Shown here: positions 49,857-63,251 of the stretch, one piece after another | Position numbering within the stretch: the first letter of the stretch is position 1 | How the letters are laid out: each line of letters starts with the position of its first letter | From: Enoplolaimus lenunculus | Taxonomy: Eukaryota | DNA length: 64,000 bases | Reading direction: 5' to 3' | Assembly: GCA_030248215.1 (NCBI GenBank) | Contig: JASANG010003711.1 | Location: 62,001-126,000 of the forward strand | Position numbers and translations under genes: made by a program | The notes under the pieces: generated by a model | Seen by the model: only the letters and a program-made list of their open reading frames with translations | What the model was told of the DNA's origin: nothing | Databases searched by the model: none

Positions 49857-51362
49857 CTTTGCCGCTTTGATCACGCCGCACCGAATCACTGTCAAGACAA
49901 ACTGATTGCGCATGAAATAAGCGTCGTTCTGTTAGCTGAACAAATTGACTATCAACAGGATCGAATAATTCCAGAACCTGATTTGTATCAGCACAATTCG
50001 CAGCAAAGACTTCTCGCGTAGACGATACATTTTCAATAGTATCGTAGCAATCGTTTTCCAAGCCGGTGTCAAATTGTTGCGCTGCTAAGTTCGCATGCTT
50101 ACCATGCCACGGTTCGGCGGTGAATATTTTTCCATGATAGTTTGTTGACATTGAACCCGGTGGCGCCGACTGAGCCTCATTTTGTGATATGCGACATTCA
50201 TCTACTGATTCAGGCGCATTTGGATTTAGCGAGCTCGTTTGCAGCTGTTTACCGCCACCACGAGACGCCATCAAACGACTGTATTCATCGATCTGCTCCC
50301 ATTTGTGAGCCGTATGCTGGTCAGACGCTTCCAGTCCTTTTATTATTTCAGTTTCAGAACCCAAAGTAGTATTCAAATTAAACTCAACACTGGAAAAATC
50401 GTCCATTTGAATACTCTTAGCGTCAACACCATGACCGCTATGATTAGCATTCCGTCGTTTCTGATTTTCTTTCGCCGACGGACATTCATCCGTATGAACG
50501 TGTTCACCTGTCCATATTACCGCATCCAACCGTACCTTACTGTCAACCGCCTGTCTGTCTGCTTCTGGCGCCTTCACACCCTCTAGTTTAACATCATCTC
50601 TCCCAACAAAGATCCCAGCTTCGGTCCACCCTTTATTCTTAACCCCGACTTCACCGCTCGATCCATGCGAGCTTGCGGACGCTTCTGCCCGCAATTCCTG
50701 CTCCGCTACAGACGGAACTTCCTCCATCGCATTCGGTGCAAAATCAATCGGTACCAAATTTGACGGAACACTCGCTGCAATATTAACAATCGCATCTGCA
50801 CATTGCTCTTCGCGGAACACTGTCAACTCAAGCGTGCAACATTCTTCACGAACGACCGGTGTCGCCGGGTATAGCTCACTCAATGACAGCGCGGTTGGTT
50901 GTTTTTGTTGCCGAGACTTGCTCCACTTGCCATCTGCGACAGCTCCACTGCATGTGTCAAAACTCAATTGAGATATTGACTGTTCAGTTATACTTTCGTC
51001 CGTTTGTATATCGACCGGCACCCTAGTCACTTCCCTAGCGAGGGGCGTAAAACCGGTCGAAAGTTGTCGCTCACCCTGGTCAGACACAACCTGAGCCAAC
51101 GGTAAAGGAACAATATCGTTTTCGAGAAGCTCTGCCGTCGACGTTGAATCTGTTGTGATTGACGACGCAAACAGTACTGCTTCTGGTAGCCCAATGTGTT
51201 TTGTATGAGCATCAGCTGCTCCTTCAAAACGTTTTTCAACTGAATGTTGTGCACCTAAGCCGTTGTTTTCGTCGTCGTCAGGTGTCCGCATTTCCAAATA
51301 TTCAGTTGAATTACCATCGCCAGCATCGGGGACTTCATCGCAAATAATCTCAGATGAATCAA
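49857..51362 (-). CDS. unc-44: Large acidic exon of the ankyrin locus (502 codons)
   Basis: The 484-aa ORF extends in frame to acceptor ttttggatttatAG (CT 51363-51364); donor AAA G|GTAGAG (AC 49855-49856); 1506 nt, phase 1-1. Confidence 0.72.
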
Positions 51363-51801
51363 CTATAAATCCAAAATTTCAGACAGGATGACAATTTGAT
51401 CACAAATTTAACTGTACATCACGACAAAAATAGTATGTTATTTTAGATAACTCAGAAACAAAGCTGAATGCACAAGAAGAAGCCGAGAATCATATTATAA
51501 AACCGTGATGATAATTCAAGACATAGACGATTCAAGAGATGTACCGATTTCAGATTAACATTAAATAAAAATGTCTAAGGCTTCAGTGTATTACAATACT
51601 TTTGACAACACTAAATTATAAAGTCTGTTGTATGTTATATCCTAGACACCTATTTGTACACAGTTAGGATCTATGTGATTTTCACACGCTATTAATTTTT
51701 CTATGGTACCTTACTGCAATCAGATCCAATTTGTATGCTGTATTTGTTCACCTAAGCCTGAAGAATACGCTGTCATTTGACATTTATATAACCACATCGG
51801 C

Positions 51802-52220
51802 CAAGGTTCCACCGGAATTCCATTCTGGCCGGAAATCCTGCCAAAATTCTATTTCTGTTCCTGTTCCTGCGTTCGCAGATGCAAGGATCTGACCTTTACG
51901 GTTTTGTAGCAAAGTATTTATTATCATCAAAATATTGGAAACTTCGTCTTTATTTCGAAATGAGTGTATTCCAATTAGTTCAATTTTGTCAATATGCAGT
52001 TTCTGATGTGTTTTCGCAAAACTTAATGATGAAATACCTGAAAATTCGCTTAAGCCATTTTGGCAAGTTTTCTAAAAATCCAACAGTAATTCGGTGAAAT
52101 AAAAATTCGTTCAAATTCCTGCTCCAGTTCCTGTTCCTGCAAAGAAGTTAAATTCATGTTCCTGTTCCGGTTCCTGCAAACAAATTAAACTCCTGTTCCT
52201 GTTCCAGTAATCGAACCCTG
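51802..52220. mobile_element. hAT-like MITE family D copy
   Basis: caaggttcc ... tcgaaccctg; (ttcctg)n clusters at both ends; shares gaaaattcgcttaagccatttt with the 48202 copy. Confidence 0.75.
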
Positions 52221-52412
52221 GTATACGCAAAATCAGGGTATAGAAAGCAGTATTTTTGGAAGCATACCGATACCGATATATACTTTTAATTTTACTATGT
52301 TCTCGAACGAATTGAGTTAAATAATTGCATAGCATTGAAGAAATCGAGGGCAGTGGCTAACACCGACCGCAGCAAAGAAGCAGACTAATACATAATGAAG
52401 TAAGGACCTGTC

Positions 52413-52493
52413 GGATTAATATTGTCCTTTAAGGATTAATATCTTCTTTTAAGGATTAATATTTTCTTTTAAGGATTAACATCTTCTTTTAAG
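52413..52493. repeat. 20-bp minisatellite, 4 copies
   Basis: ggattaatat(t/c)ttcttttaa units. Confidence 0.85.
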
Positions 52494-53834
52494 TTTAAAG
52501 GGAACTGCTTTTTTGCTTACAATGAATATTCTGCAAAACGCTTGAATGACCGGATAGTGTGTTTTTTGAAATAAATCAATTTTTAGCACGTTAATGCGTC
52601 AGTAAATGTTACTTTATCTTTAGTAAACGGAATATTGCGTTTATATAAGGAGCGTGTCCTAATACTTGAAAGTAATTGTGTGAAGCTGCAAATAATTGGT
52701 TTGTTTCGATAATAAAATACGAATCTCTCTGCCTTAACCATATGCAAAAAATACTGCTTTAAACAAATACTGTATACTTACATGAAATGAGACTGAAAAC
52801 ATAACATCTCACAACATAATTTGCAATAATTTGAGGTTTACGAAATCATCACCGAAATCCGGTATCCGGCAGATTGACACCAATACCGGAAAACTTACAA
52901 GTAAACATGGGAATAAATAAATACTTCCACTGATTCTGTCGTGTTTACCTAGTGGTGTCACGCCATAAGAGTATTTATTTTTTCAATTCAACTGAATCTG
53001 ACGTATACTAAAATTAAAAGCATCGCTGGCAAAATCGGTATTCTTCCAAAAACACTGATACCGATACTGATATATCCGTTCAACACTACTTCAACACTAC
53101 TGTTAGTAAAAATAAAAACTTAGTAACCAAAATAATGAGTCGTTGTTACTTGAACGGTAACTATTGTTCATGAACTAAACTGTTCACTATAACAAGCTTG
53201 AAAGAGTATTCAGCAGAAAAACAGTCTGACGATTTCACAGCAATCTGCCTGCTACTTGGCTCCAGTGCTATAATACTTCGTTCAGGAAAACTTGAAAACT
53301 GCTTTCAACAAGCTGGTTGACCAAAGCTACGCAAAAGACTAGCCACAAGCGTATATAAGGCAAAAACACACTCTAGACGCGAATAACTCATGGAAACAAT
53401 GCAGAAATTCTTTCGCAGCAGTAGTGATACAAATTGTGATGAACCTAATTTCAAAAAATATGATTTTTCAGATTTCTTAAACTGGTTGTTACTTATGAAA
53501 AACGGGTCAAGTCTCAAAAACAAAAACAGGTTAGCGAAAACTGACACCGGATAATAAAATCGAATCACATAAAAACGACGACGGGCGGTTAAAATAACAA
53601 AACAAAATTGCGAGAATACAGCAAAATTCCACACAGACCGACGTTCAACACTCAAACCATTCAACTTTGTTAGTGTACATATGCTAAATCCATACTCGCC
53701 GCTTGGTCCAGCAAAACCATAATGACCGTCAAATCCGAAGCAACCCACCCAAATTAAGCCATTTCGGGGTGTAACCAAATATTAATTTACTGAATACCGG
53801 AACTGGATAGTGAATTCTTACCGGAACCGGATAT

Positions 53835-54201
53835 GAGGGTTCCACTAGAATTCGTGTTGCGGTGGGAATTGTAGCAAAAATCCTATTCCAGTTCCTGTTC
53901 CTGCATTAAGAATGCAGGAACAATAAGTTTTACTATTTTGCAACTAAATTAGCGTCCAGTAGAGAAGAATTGGGATGGCGTAATAGTAAATGTTTACTGG
54001 ATTAGAATTAATTGTGAACTTGAATTTTTTCACTTTCACTGCAGCGTATCAAAACTCGAGCTTCTTGGCTAGCGTTGAAATGCAACTGCAACAAGATGCC
54101 AATGGCGAGCACTAGTAAAAAGCAGTTTTGAAATTCGGCATCAACGCCGCCGCACATATTAGGTAGGTTTATACAGGAACCAGAACTCCTGTCGCACCCT
54201 A
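53835..54201. mobile_element. Degenerate family D-related element
   Basis: gagggttccactagaattc...ttccagttcctgttcctgcatt; ends gcacccta. Confidence 0.5.
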
Positions 54202-54360
54202 TTCTGCACCCCACACTAAATTAAACACTCATACCCTCGGTTAGTTTTCACCACCACCACCCATCAGCACAACCCCGTCCAGCAACTGCGGCGCCGGACC
54301 CGGCCCGGTGTTAGTCATACCACACACCAAAGCATTTTTGTCACCACCCGTATGATTTAC

Positions 54361-54669
54361 CCTCACGATGACGGTCGTCGTACACCAACACGCCAGTACG
54401 AGATCCGTGGCTATCTTCGCTACGTAAACTTTCCATCATTGCCGCTTCGTATAACGCTTCGTTAAACAAATTCATCGTTACAGCATCGATTGCGTTATCG
54501 AGCGACGGTGACCATTCATGCTGTTGTTCGTTGAATGCCAAAGACCCTCGAATCACATCGCCGCCATAATATTCTGGCTTGGATTCTGATCCACGCTCCT
54601 CTCGAAGTGGTTGAACCGTAGTCGATGTCGGTGTATCGTACAGTTGTAACGGCGGAGCTGCTGTCATAT
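54361..54669 (-). CDS. unc-44: Ankyrin-locus exon (DMTAAPPLQLYD...DRHRE)
   Basis: Acceptor tgtcgtctacAG (CT 54670-54671); donor GAG G|GTAAAT (AC 54359-54360); 309 nt, phase 1-1. Confidence 0.7.
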
Positions 54670-56651
54670 CTGTAGACGACAGATACAACAATAACGAAAT
54701 ATATAGTGTCGTGTTTAAATATCGTTCAATCTCAGGTGTACTACTAAGAGTTAAACAGAAAAATTGGGAAAGACTTTTGGCGCAACGCAAAAACTGTGCG
54801 AGCAGACTACAGGAAAAACCGCAATCTTAAGCCTAAAAATTAGCTACGGACACTGAAATACAAACACCGTAAACCAAGACAGCGAGTCCAGAGAGTGTAC
54901 TTACGGGTCGTTTGTGATTTTGTCCAGCTATTTTAATACTTTTTCCGCTGGAAACACAACAAATTTCTCTTTAAAGATTTATAGAAATTAACCTTTTTCC
55001 TAAATCCTGGCCATGCTCCTGTAGCAAACCTAATACTTTTTGACAATAACAACGGGGCAACAGTCAATTAACATCGCTCACTATATGTTTCTCAAAGAAA
55101 CCGTCCAAAAACAACCACGAGTTCCACGATTGAATTCAGAATTACGGACGAGTCTCGCAATTTATCTCCCGCTTACTGGGTTGATGAAGCCAAAATTATA
55201 AACTACCCTTTCAACTCGGATCTCTCTCTTATCAGAAAATCCTGATTTGTCACTGCGTACGAATACCGAAAAAAACGTACGTATAGCATCAACGAGAACA
55301 AATGTCAAATTAGTTCAAAATACGCTACATTAATTTGATTTAGGTTATCACATTCACAGCGTCGCGTACATTTAAATCAACAAAATGAAGGTTTATTGAT
55401 ACTTGTTGTTAGATTTGAAAAAGTATCTGCTTAGCATGAACTTCGCGCATGAAGCAAAAAAATTCGCAACCGACGGGAGCGAGATGCACAAATTGTTTGG
55501 ATTTGATCCGTGTCGGGAAGACGCTAGCCTGGCATGCGGCCGTCCCTTGCATCCGTTAGCGATTTGTACAATTGCGACTCCAATAAAACAAGTTTTGCGT
55601 TCAAAATTCAAAGATACGAAGCTTTGGCCGCAGTTGAGAGACAAATATATATACTAAAATCATCTATACGCAGATACAAATCAGTCACAAATAGAATGTA
55701 ACCGTTAGTTTTTTGTTATTAAGTATATTTTGCACCTCAGTATCACACGAGAATCTACTCGAAAAACACACAAAACCCAAAACACAAAAAATTGCATTTT
55801 TTACTAATCTGCAGTGTTTATCGTCAATAGTTTAGTTTTAACAAAGCATCTTTCGTGTAGTCGTAGATATATAGAGAGAATAGCAAACGCAAAATATTGC
55901 AACACAAAATTTTGAATACTCGCAGAAACGATGCCGCAATATTGCGAAAATTGCATTCGAAAGCAAATAGACGTTCTAGTAAATCGATCAACAACATGTA
56001 AAGGTCACATATATGATTCCGTTGTTGAAAAGGCTATGTCCGAGCCTATGTTCGAGCAAGATATTGCAGAATAAAGATTAATTTTTCACTTTTTTCAATT
56101 TAAAATTGTTCACTGGCAACTGCAATTTATTACATTCTGCCTTACATTCGAGCTTGTATTTCACAATGCGATGCTATTGTGTTTTAACTATAAGTTTGTA
56201 TACTACAAACCTGCCGTTAGTCGGTTTCAGAATACGTAATCACAAATAATTTGGTGAGTTTAAAATTAATAATGTAACAAACGACTATTGTAGAAGTCAA
56301 CTAAGAATTCATTTACATCAACGCTTGAAACGATGAACTAACTTATTTATTATTATTATAGGCAAATTAAATTTTACAAAATTTCATTTTTTATTTAATT
56401 TCCAAGATCAGTGTTGTTCAAAATTAAGTCGAAGTAAATATAGAGTAGAGATACTGTGTTTTTCAAATATTTTCAATATCGCTACATGCTGTATTTTTCA
56501 TACAGAAACGATAACTGTAACAATTACTGTTTTCATTTATCCAAGCGCAAGTTTAAAGCGGTTACCAAAAACACAGCTGAGTTTCACCAAAGCAATGTTA
56601 ATAAAAATAAATATACGATAGAATTAGACCCGGATTAATATTTCAATTTAC

Positions 56652-56954
56652 CGCTTGGGTGAATTGCTGTAATCGTACGTTCGGTGCCACAGGTAGCCAG
56701 TACAGATGCGTCCGGAGTCGAACTACTCTCAGGCAAAGTATCTAGACGCAGTAGCTGATGCTCACCATCGGACAGCCCAGTGTCTGTCCTACCGCCAGCT
56801 TGGCAGACGCCGACTTCAAGCGTGGAAGTCTTTACGCATACGTCTGCTGTCTGGTGTACTTTGCCACCGTCAACACTGTTATAGTTACGAACAAGGTCAG
56901 GATTTGTTTGCAGTAACACTTCAGTGAGATCTCGAAGACCAAGTTGTGGAGATT
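56652..56954 (-). CDS. unc-44: Ankyrin-locus exon (ESPQLGLRD...AIHPS)
   Basis: Acceptor catacctgttcAG (CT 56955-56956); donor AGC G|GTAAAT (AC 56650-56651); 303 nt, phase 1-1. Confidence 0.65.
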
Positions 56955-57834
56955 CTGAACAGGTATGATTTAGATTAATTATGTCGCAGTATAGCGTCAC
57001 TATACTAGTGGTAGTCAATCCCTTAAATTTGACGTCCATTTCGTTCACATAACGATACATAACAGATAACTCACAGCTAAATTGTTGTTATAAGATGCGC
57101 TAGCCGTACACAGTCGCTCATTTAGTCAAGTATATATATTGCATGGATTCCAAAAACATACCTTAGTCGGATTAAAAATTAAATCTACATTTCGCTAAGT
57201 TCAGCGGATTATTTAAATTACACCGTACTTCCTCAATAATTTCATATTATCCAAATATATTATAAAAGCTGAGCGAAGTGTTTCCCAATTTAAGAATTCG
57301 TCAAAACTTTTAATGTATTAATATTTTCTGCTTCCTAATTACGCGTATCTAAAAATGATACGTTACAATATATATACTTGGCCAGTATATCAAATTCGTC
57401 ACATACTTTCACCCTTTAGGTTTTACTATATAAACATGCACGTAGCACATTTAACACGTCTAACCATGCAATTTTTTTTACTCTAAATACATAACTTCTC
57501 AGTCTGTATTTGTGTCAAGTTAGTTGATGTTAAAGTCACCTCACTTATGAATATGTCACCAGCAAATCTGCTATTTAAAGCAAATACCAGCATAGCCTAC
57601 GTCAAATACAAATAGTGAGATGTAGCGGAACAACAGTGATGTAAATCCAACGCTGATTGGTTATCGGTATTACGTCTGACCCAAAATTAAACCAAAAAAA
57701 TTAAATCTCATACGCCAATAACTTCAATATTGCCGTTTTGTATAGGTCAAACTGCTATTACACAAAACAGTGAATTGGTATATAGGCCAAGTTGTAAAAT
57801 TGACCCAAACAGCACATTGGATAACGGTAAATAC

Positions 57835-58221
57835 CAGGGTGCAACCGGAATTCCGGTTCCGGCATTTTTTCACCATCCGGTTCCGGTAAATTTTTACCGG
57901 ATTTAAAAATTCCGGTGCTATAATTTGGCCGTTTTCTTAACTTTGCTAATTTTTAAGAATCTCTTTTGAAAGCCACTTGTACTGCGAATATAAGCCATTG
58001 ATGGTGGATTTCACTTCAGTCGACGACGAAAATCTAAAATACAACAAATAAAATAAATACCTATGTTCGACTAAGGTTGTTTCAGAAATAATAGAGCAAA
58101 AAATACGATAAAAATGAAATTTTTGGTGAAATGCATTTTTCACTTTCCGGTTCCGGTTGCGGTAAAATTTTCAAATTCCGGTTCCGGTAAATTGTAATTC
58201 CGTAATTCCGGTTGCACCCTG
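57835..58221. mobile_element. hAT-like MITE family C copy with perfect TIRs and TSD
   Basis: 18-bp TIR cagggtgcaaccggaatt / aattccggttgcaccctg; GTAAATAC at 57827-57834 and 58222-58229; ttccgg subterminal repeats. Confidence 0.92.
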
Positions 58222-58885
58222 GTAAATACACGTTTTCTACGACAAAAAGGACATATGCCGAATCCTCTATGCTATTCAGCACGTATCCCGATTAAATTAT
58301 GCATTCATGATTCATCCTTACTACATATCACCCAAAACTAAAAATGCTGGCACAAACGTTGTTTTCAAAAATATACGTGCTGCATCGCACGGTGGTTGCT
58401 ACTGCAATTAGAACAATATTGCAATTAAATAACAGATCTTGCCTACCGCACATCGCAAAAAAACATACAAAAACTTATGCATGCAGCGAACAAAAGGTGG
58501 TGCATTTGTGACCAATGAAATATTGAAGATTGTAAACCTAAATTACTGCAGTGCAAGTTGTACGTGCGTTATTCGGATTCAAGCAAACAATACCAGGCTA
58601 CTAACTCTCAACTCTACAATGGCGACACAACCCAACGCCAACAGTAGATTATGTCCGGCTAAAATAGTCTCGAAATCTACCGCTACCGTTTTACACAGGG
58701 CGGCGTTGCTCCAGCGTTGAACTCCACAGTTGTGCCACGACAAATCGTGCAAATCCTGTTGACCGATAGTGGAAAAATGGAAAAATCAGCTCAAGACGAT
58801 TCGACATATTTATACAAAATTCTAGCTATACAATCATTAACATAACGGCAAAACGGTTAGTTTGTACACACGTGGTTGCTTTTAC

Positions 58886-59176
58886 CGTGTCCAAAATCGA
58901 CTGATGTCCCGAGTTCGCCACGTTTTTCATTGCTTGTCGTATGAATTACTGGCGTCGAAGACAACGCTTCCGATGCAGTAATGCCACTTTGCGCACCATC
59001 GTCTCCAAATTCTTCACGGCGGGTCGGCCGATAAACACTAGTCGGTTCTGCATGGGACAAAGATGCAGCAAGCACTGCGGCCGACGGTGCTTCATCAAAA
59101 CAATATGGCGGTTTCGGTTGTTCCGTCGTTGCCTGCGTATGTAATTCGGATTCGATAATTTCGTGTTCGTACCCAT
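58886..59176 (-). CDS. unc-44: Ankyrin-locus exon (DGYEHEIIESE...VDFGH)
   Basis: Acceptor gattgtcttcAG (CT 59177-59178); donor CAC G|GTAAAA (AC 58884-58885); 291 nt, phase 1-1. Confidence 0.7.
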
Positions 59177-60139
59177 CTGAAGACAATCATAGACAATATT
59201 GTCATGAAAAACGTGCGCTATAGAAGTTAAATACTGACAGAAAAAAAAAGCAGAAACTGAATGAAAAAAACTCAAACACTTATACATATATATGATATGA
59301 TACATATACATGCGCAGTGAAACTGAACTGCAAGCGCTACAACTTTATGTGAACTGTTGTTTTCTGCAAACGCAATAAGAACGTATAACTCCAGCTAATG
59401 GAAACTCTGATTAGCCAAATTCAAAATAGCATAGAAGATTACATACGAACTGTCAAACTACGTATATCAGGGCGCAATTGAATATCACAAATAACGAACC
59501 AGATATGTCATTTTGCCAGCGTATAAAAATTTATTTTAAATCAACTGTATTTCACAACACCAGTTATGTCTTTTTGAGCAAAAAGAGCCAGTTAAATATA
59601 CACCGCAATATTATCAAAATTTAAAGCTGTTATTGTACAGCAAACCACATTAATGGAGCTAAATGTTGATTATTGAACGCAACCCCAGATATCACGTCAT
59701 CACACATTGAAAAATATCTTGAAAAAAATGTACTCTTGGAAGACAGACGACAGACCTGTCGTATGTTTAAAAGAACAAAAATTTACCAATCAACTACAAC
59801 GAATACCATTTCATTTTTGACACCTATCTAAGTATGTATAAACGAACTATAATATCTGTATAACTAAAACATATGTAAAATAGCCATGTTGGCGCTAGCA
59901 AATGCAACGCTTAATAATAAGAGATTGGCATCGGCACAGTCAAGCTAGTTTCTATATGACCGGTTGAAAAAATAAATAATTCAAAAACACTTTAAGACAC
60001 TTGGACCATTTACCGCTAAAATATTCTTCCTACAGAAGCACAAGTATGCAAATCCTGAAAATAATAAATTAATGCAATAGTAAAGTTGCATCCAGTTCCG
60101 AGTATTCCGGTTAGTCCGTGTATCGGCTTTGAAAAATTA

Positions 60140-60420
60140 CGCGGGAAATCCTGTTCCGGCCGGAATTTCTGCAAAAATTCAATTCCTGTTCCTGTTCCTG
60201 CATTTAACGACGCACGAACCGGAATTTTTAACGGTAGTAGTGTAAAAATGCCGGTTTTGCGCCATCCTCCTCCTCCTCCCTCCTCCTCCGTAAGGCGGAG
60301 GAGGGTGGAGGAGAAGGAGGAGGACGGGAGGGATGTGCGCAGCCCCCCGAATTTTTACGGTTTTGTGGCAAATTATTCATATTCATGTGAATATTGGAAA
60401 CGTTGTCTTTAAAGAATTTA
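60140..60420. mobile_element. Truncated family D fragment interrupted by a (CCT)n/(GGA)n hairpin insert
   Basis: ggccggaatttctgcaaaaattcaattcctgttcctgttcctgcatt matches 48226ff and 51827ff. Confidence 0.65.
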
Positions 60421-60737
60421 TTTCGAAACTTTTTTTCATCTTGTGCTTATTCAATAGGTTATGCCTGTGTATATCGTATATCTGAGTTAACAAGCGCCGA
60501 CAGCGCTCCCTACCACTCTTAGAGGAAGACGCGTTGGAGCAAAGGTACACAAAACGAACCTGTGTCATTTGTTATGTCATCCTTTGGACCTCTGAGTTAT
60601 CGTTTGAAGGTCTGGGGACTAGGGTATCGTAAGACCGGCCCAGCTCCTTATAACTGTTCGTCCTAAAAATTACGTTTTTTATTTCGAAAATTTTAGTGCA
60701 ACTTCTTCAATATCATGCGGACACCAGGTGAATTGTA

Positions 60738-62352
60738 AGGGGGTAGTGTGATAAACACTGAAGCGAAAAAACTTCAGTGTGCTCTACACTGAAGCCACTA
60801 AGCTTCAATGTGCTGCATGCTAAAGCGTACGCTTCACTATGCTGGACACTGAGTCAAAACCTTCGGTGTCCAGCAGACTGAAGCCAAAACGCATCAGCGT
60901 TCAGAACATATGGAGCACAAAAACGCCGTAGCATGCAGTTGTGCACGACAAGCCAAGATATTCCAATTGCGAGCTGGTTTCGATTTTTTAGACGATTGTG
61001 TCTTCTGAGCTGCTCAAACGACAAATACGAACGCCATCTTTGTGCACCTATTCTTAATATCTGTGCGTGTTGATCACTGGCGTAATCTGATTGCGGGGGT
61101 GTATCCCAACTGACTGTTATATTTACAACGACTTACTGTTATATTTTTGTATTTTTGAACACGATGATCCAAGTAATTCTTCATGGAGAAATTTTTATAA
61201 TGGTTGATCCATACCTTTTGAAAGTTATAGAAAATTTCAGGGGATCTTCTGGCATTCTCCCTGGCTACAACAAGTCTATTGCCTCACTCTCCGTTAATTG
61301 CAGTTACACAAATTGGAGATGGCACTGGCGTAGCTAGAAAAATATTAACGGACACACGACTTGGTATTATATAATTTTGTATTTTCGAACACGATGGAAG
61401 ACATTTTTAAACGATACTTTTCTAACCTTTGACTGCCGGGAAAAGGCAGAAAAATTCAGAAATTATTTAAATTCGATTAGCCCATAAAATTTAGTTTACT
61501 GCCGAAGTCGAAGAAAACTTCCACATCTTCTCTTGACGTCAAAATAACCAGAAACATAATGGATCGTACGGCGTCACCACGTCCTGTGTAGCTTGTAATC
61601 ATATGAAAATAGTATTTTTCATAACTAATGCCGATGTTCCTTTGCTGTTGCATGCTGTTGCCGTTTATAAGTATGTTTGTTACAACTGTCACTACATTGG
61701 ATCAACCAACCGCCAATCCTTTAAATGTATTTGCAAACACCGGCAACTTTAAGATCACCGAGTCAAGTAGCTACTTAGAACCATTGCCACAGTGCAGTTG
61801 TAAGCATCCATGTAACAAGGAAGGTTTTTTGATTATGTCTGTCGTGCAACGCCAAAGTTGCACCCTAATAATATGCATATGCATGCATATAGGCACAAGA
61901 TTGAGCAGTTTAAGTTGCAATATAGCGAGGCGGTCAGGAGTTGAAGCACAGCAGGGAACTGGGTTAATGCGCTGTTCACAAAAATTGATCAAAATCCTTC
62001 TCAACACTAGAGTTAACCTTTGACTTTACGATTTCTAGGCGGAAAAGAGTCTCACCTGAGATTTAATTACGGGTGTGGCATCTTTTCAAATTATATAACT
62101 TAAAATTTGTTGTCGAATATACGTAAATTCACTTTTTTCTTTAGTATGAAACACACTGAAGCATTTGTGGCTTCAGTGTGCATCCTACGAAATTTTTTCG
62201 ATTTATGAGTGCAGCACACCGAAGCCAAAAAAGCATCAGTGGGCTGCGTACTGAAGCCAAGAACCGTCAGTGTGCAGCATACTGAATCTTTTTGGCTTCA
62301 GTGTGCGGAAAACAGACGCCAAATAGCTTTTGTGTTCGTCACACTGCCTCCT
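60738..62352. mobile_element. ~1.6-kb non-autonomous or decayed DNA transposon with TIRs and arrays of palindromic CACTGAAGC...CTTCAGTG subterminal units
   Basis: Left agggggtagtgtgataaacac vs reverse complement of right aggaggcagtgtgacgaacac; repeated hairpin units at 60755-60900 and 62150-62335. Confidence 0.75.
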
Positions 62353-62714
62353 CAAAAGTCAACTAGCGTACGCATTTATTGTGAAAGTTGCATAGGTCCA
62401 TCTTCAAGTAAGTGAAGAGTGCGTCCGGCTTTTGCATTTTATACGTTACACAAGTCCGAGTCCGCGTATTTGTTTTGAAATGTTGCAACTCTAGCAATAC
62501 AGCGCAACAGCGAAACTAAAAATACAGCTGCTCGAGCAATAACCAAAAAACTTCCATGCAACATAAGGATCTACAGTGATTTTGGCAAAAAACGATAAAC
62601 CTAAAACCCGTAAGCTCAAACAAAAACACCACAAAATAAACTGAATGAACATCGCTGACCAGCTTGTTGCCAGCAAAATCTCACCGCATTATCCAGAATT
62701 AACCGAACACGTGA

Positions 62715-62978
62715 TATATGTCGTAGGCCAATCTGCTATTGACGCCAATTACCAATTGGCCTAGGCCAAATAGCAATTGTAAGATGTAGCAAAACAACAG
62801 TGATTAAAACCCAAGCTAATTGGTTTAACGTTACTGCGCTTGTTCAAATAATAAAATCTGATTGGTCTATAAGCTTAATAGCAGTTTAGTTTAGGCCAAA
62901 CTGCTATTACGCAAAATAGCAGCTTGGCCTATGCAAATTAGTAATCGGCCTGGATAGCAGATTGGCTTACGACATATA
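62715..62978. mobile_element. MITE family E copy with 25-bp TIRs (TA-rich termini)
   Basis: tatatgtcgtaggccaatctgctat / atagcagattggcttacgacatata (24/25); degenerate relatives near 34562 and 57552. Confidence 0.85.
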
Positions 62979-63251
62979 CATAGGAACGAACTTATTTCAT
63001 CCCAGGCAATAACAGAGCGTAAAACGTCCTTTAAGCAACGCAACTGGCGCTAGGAACCCCAACCCATGGCACCAGCTGACTGTGAAAAAACCAGGAAACG
63101 ATAGGATAAAAAACCGCTCAAACAATTAAAACGGAGCACACGACACCATCTCGCTCCTCGAGCCATATACACAGCAGGATTTGACAGCTAAAACCGCAGT
63201 CAAAGAACAAAAACCGAGCAAAGGATCCACCGACTCAGGACACTCGCTCAC

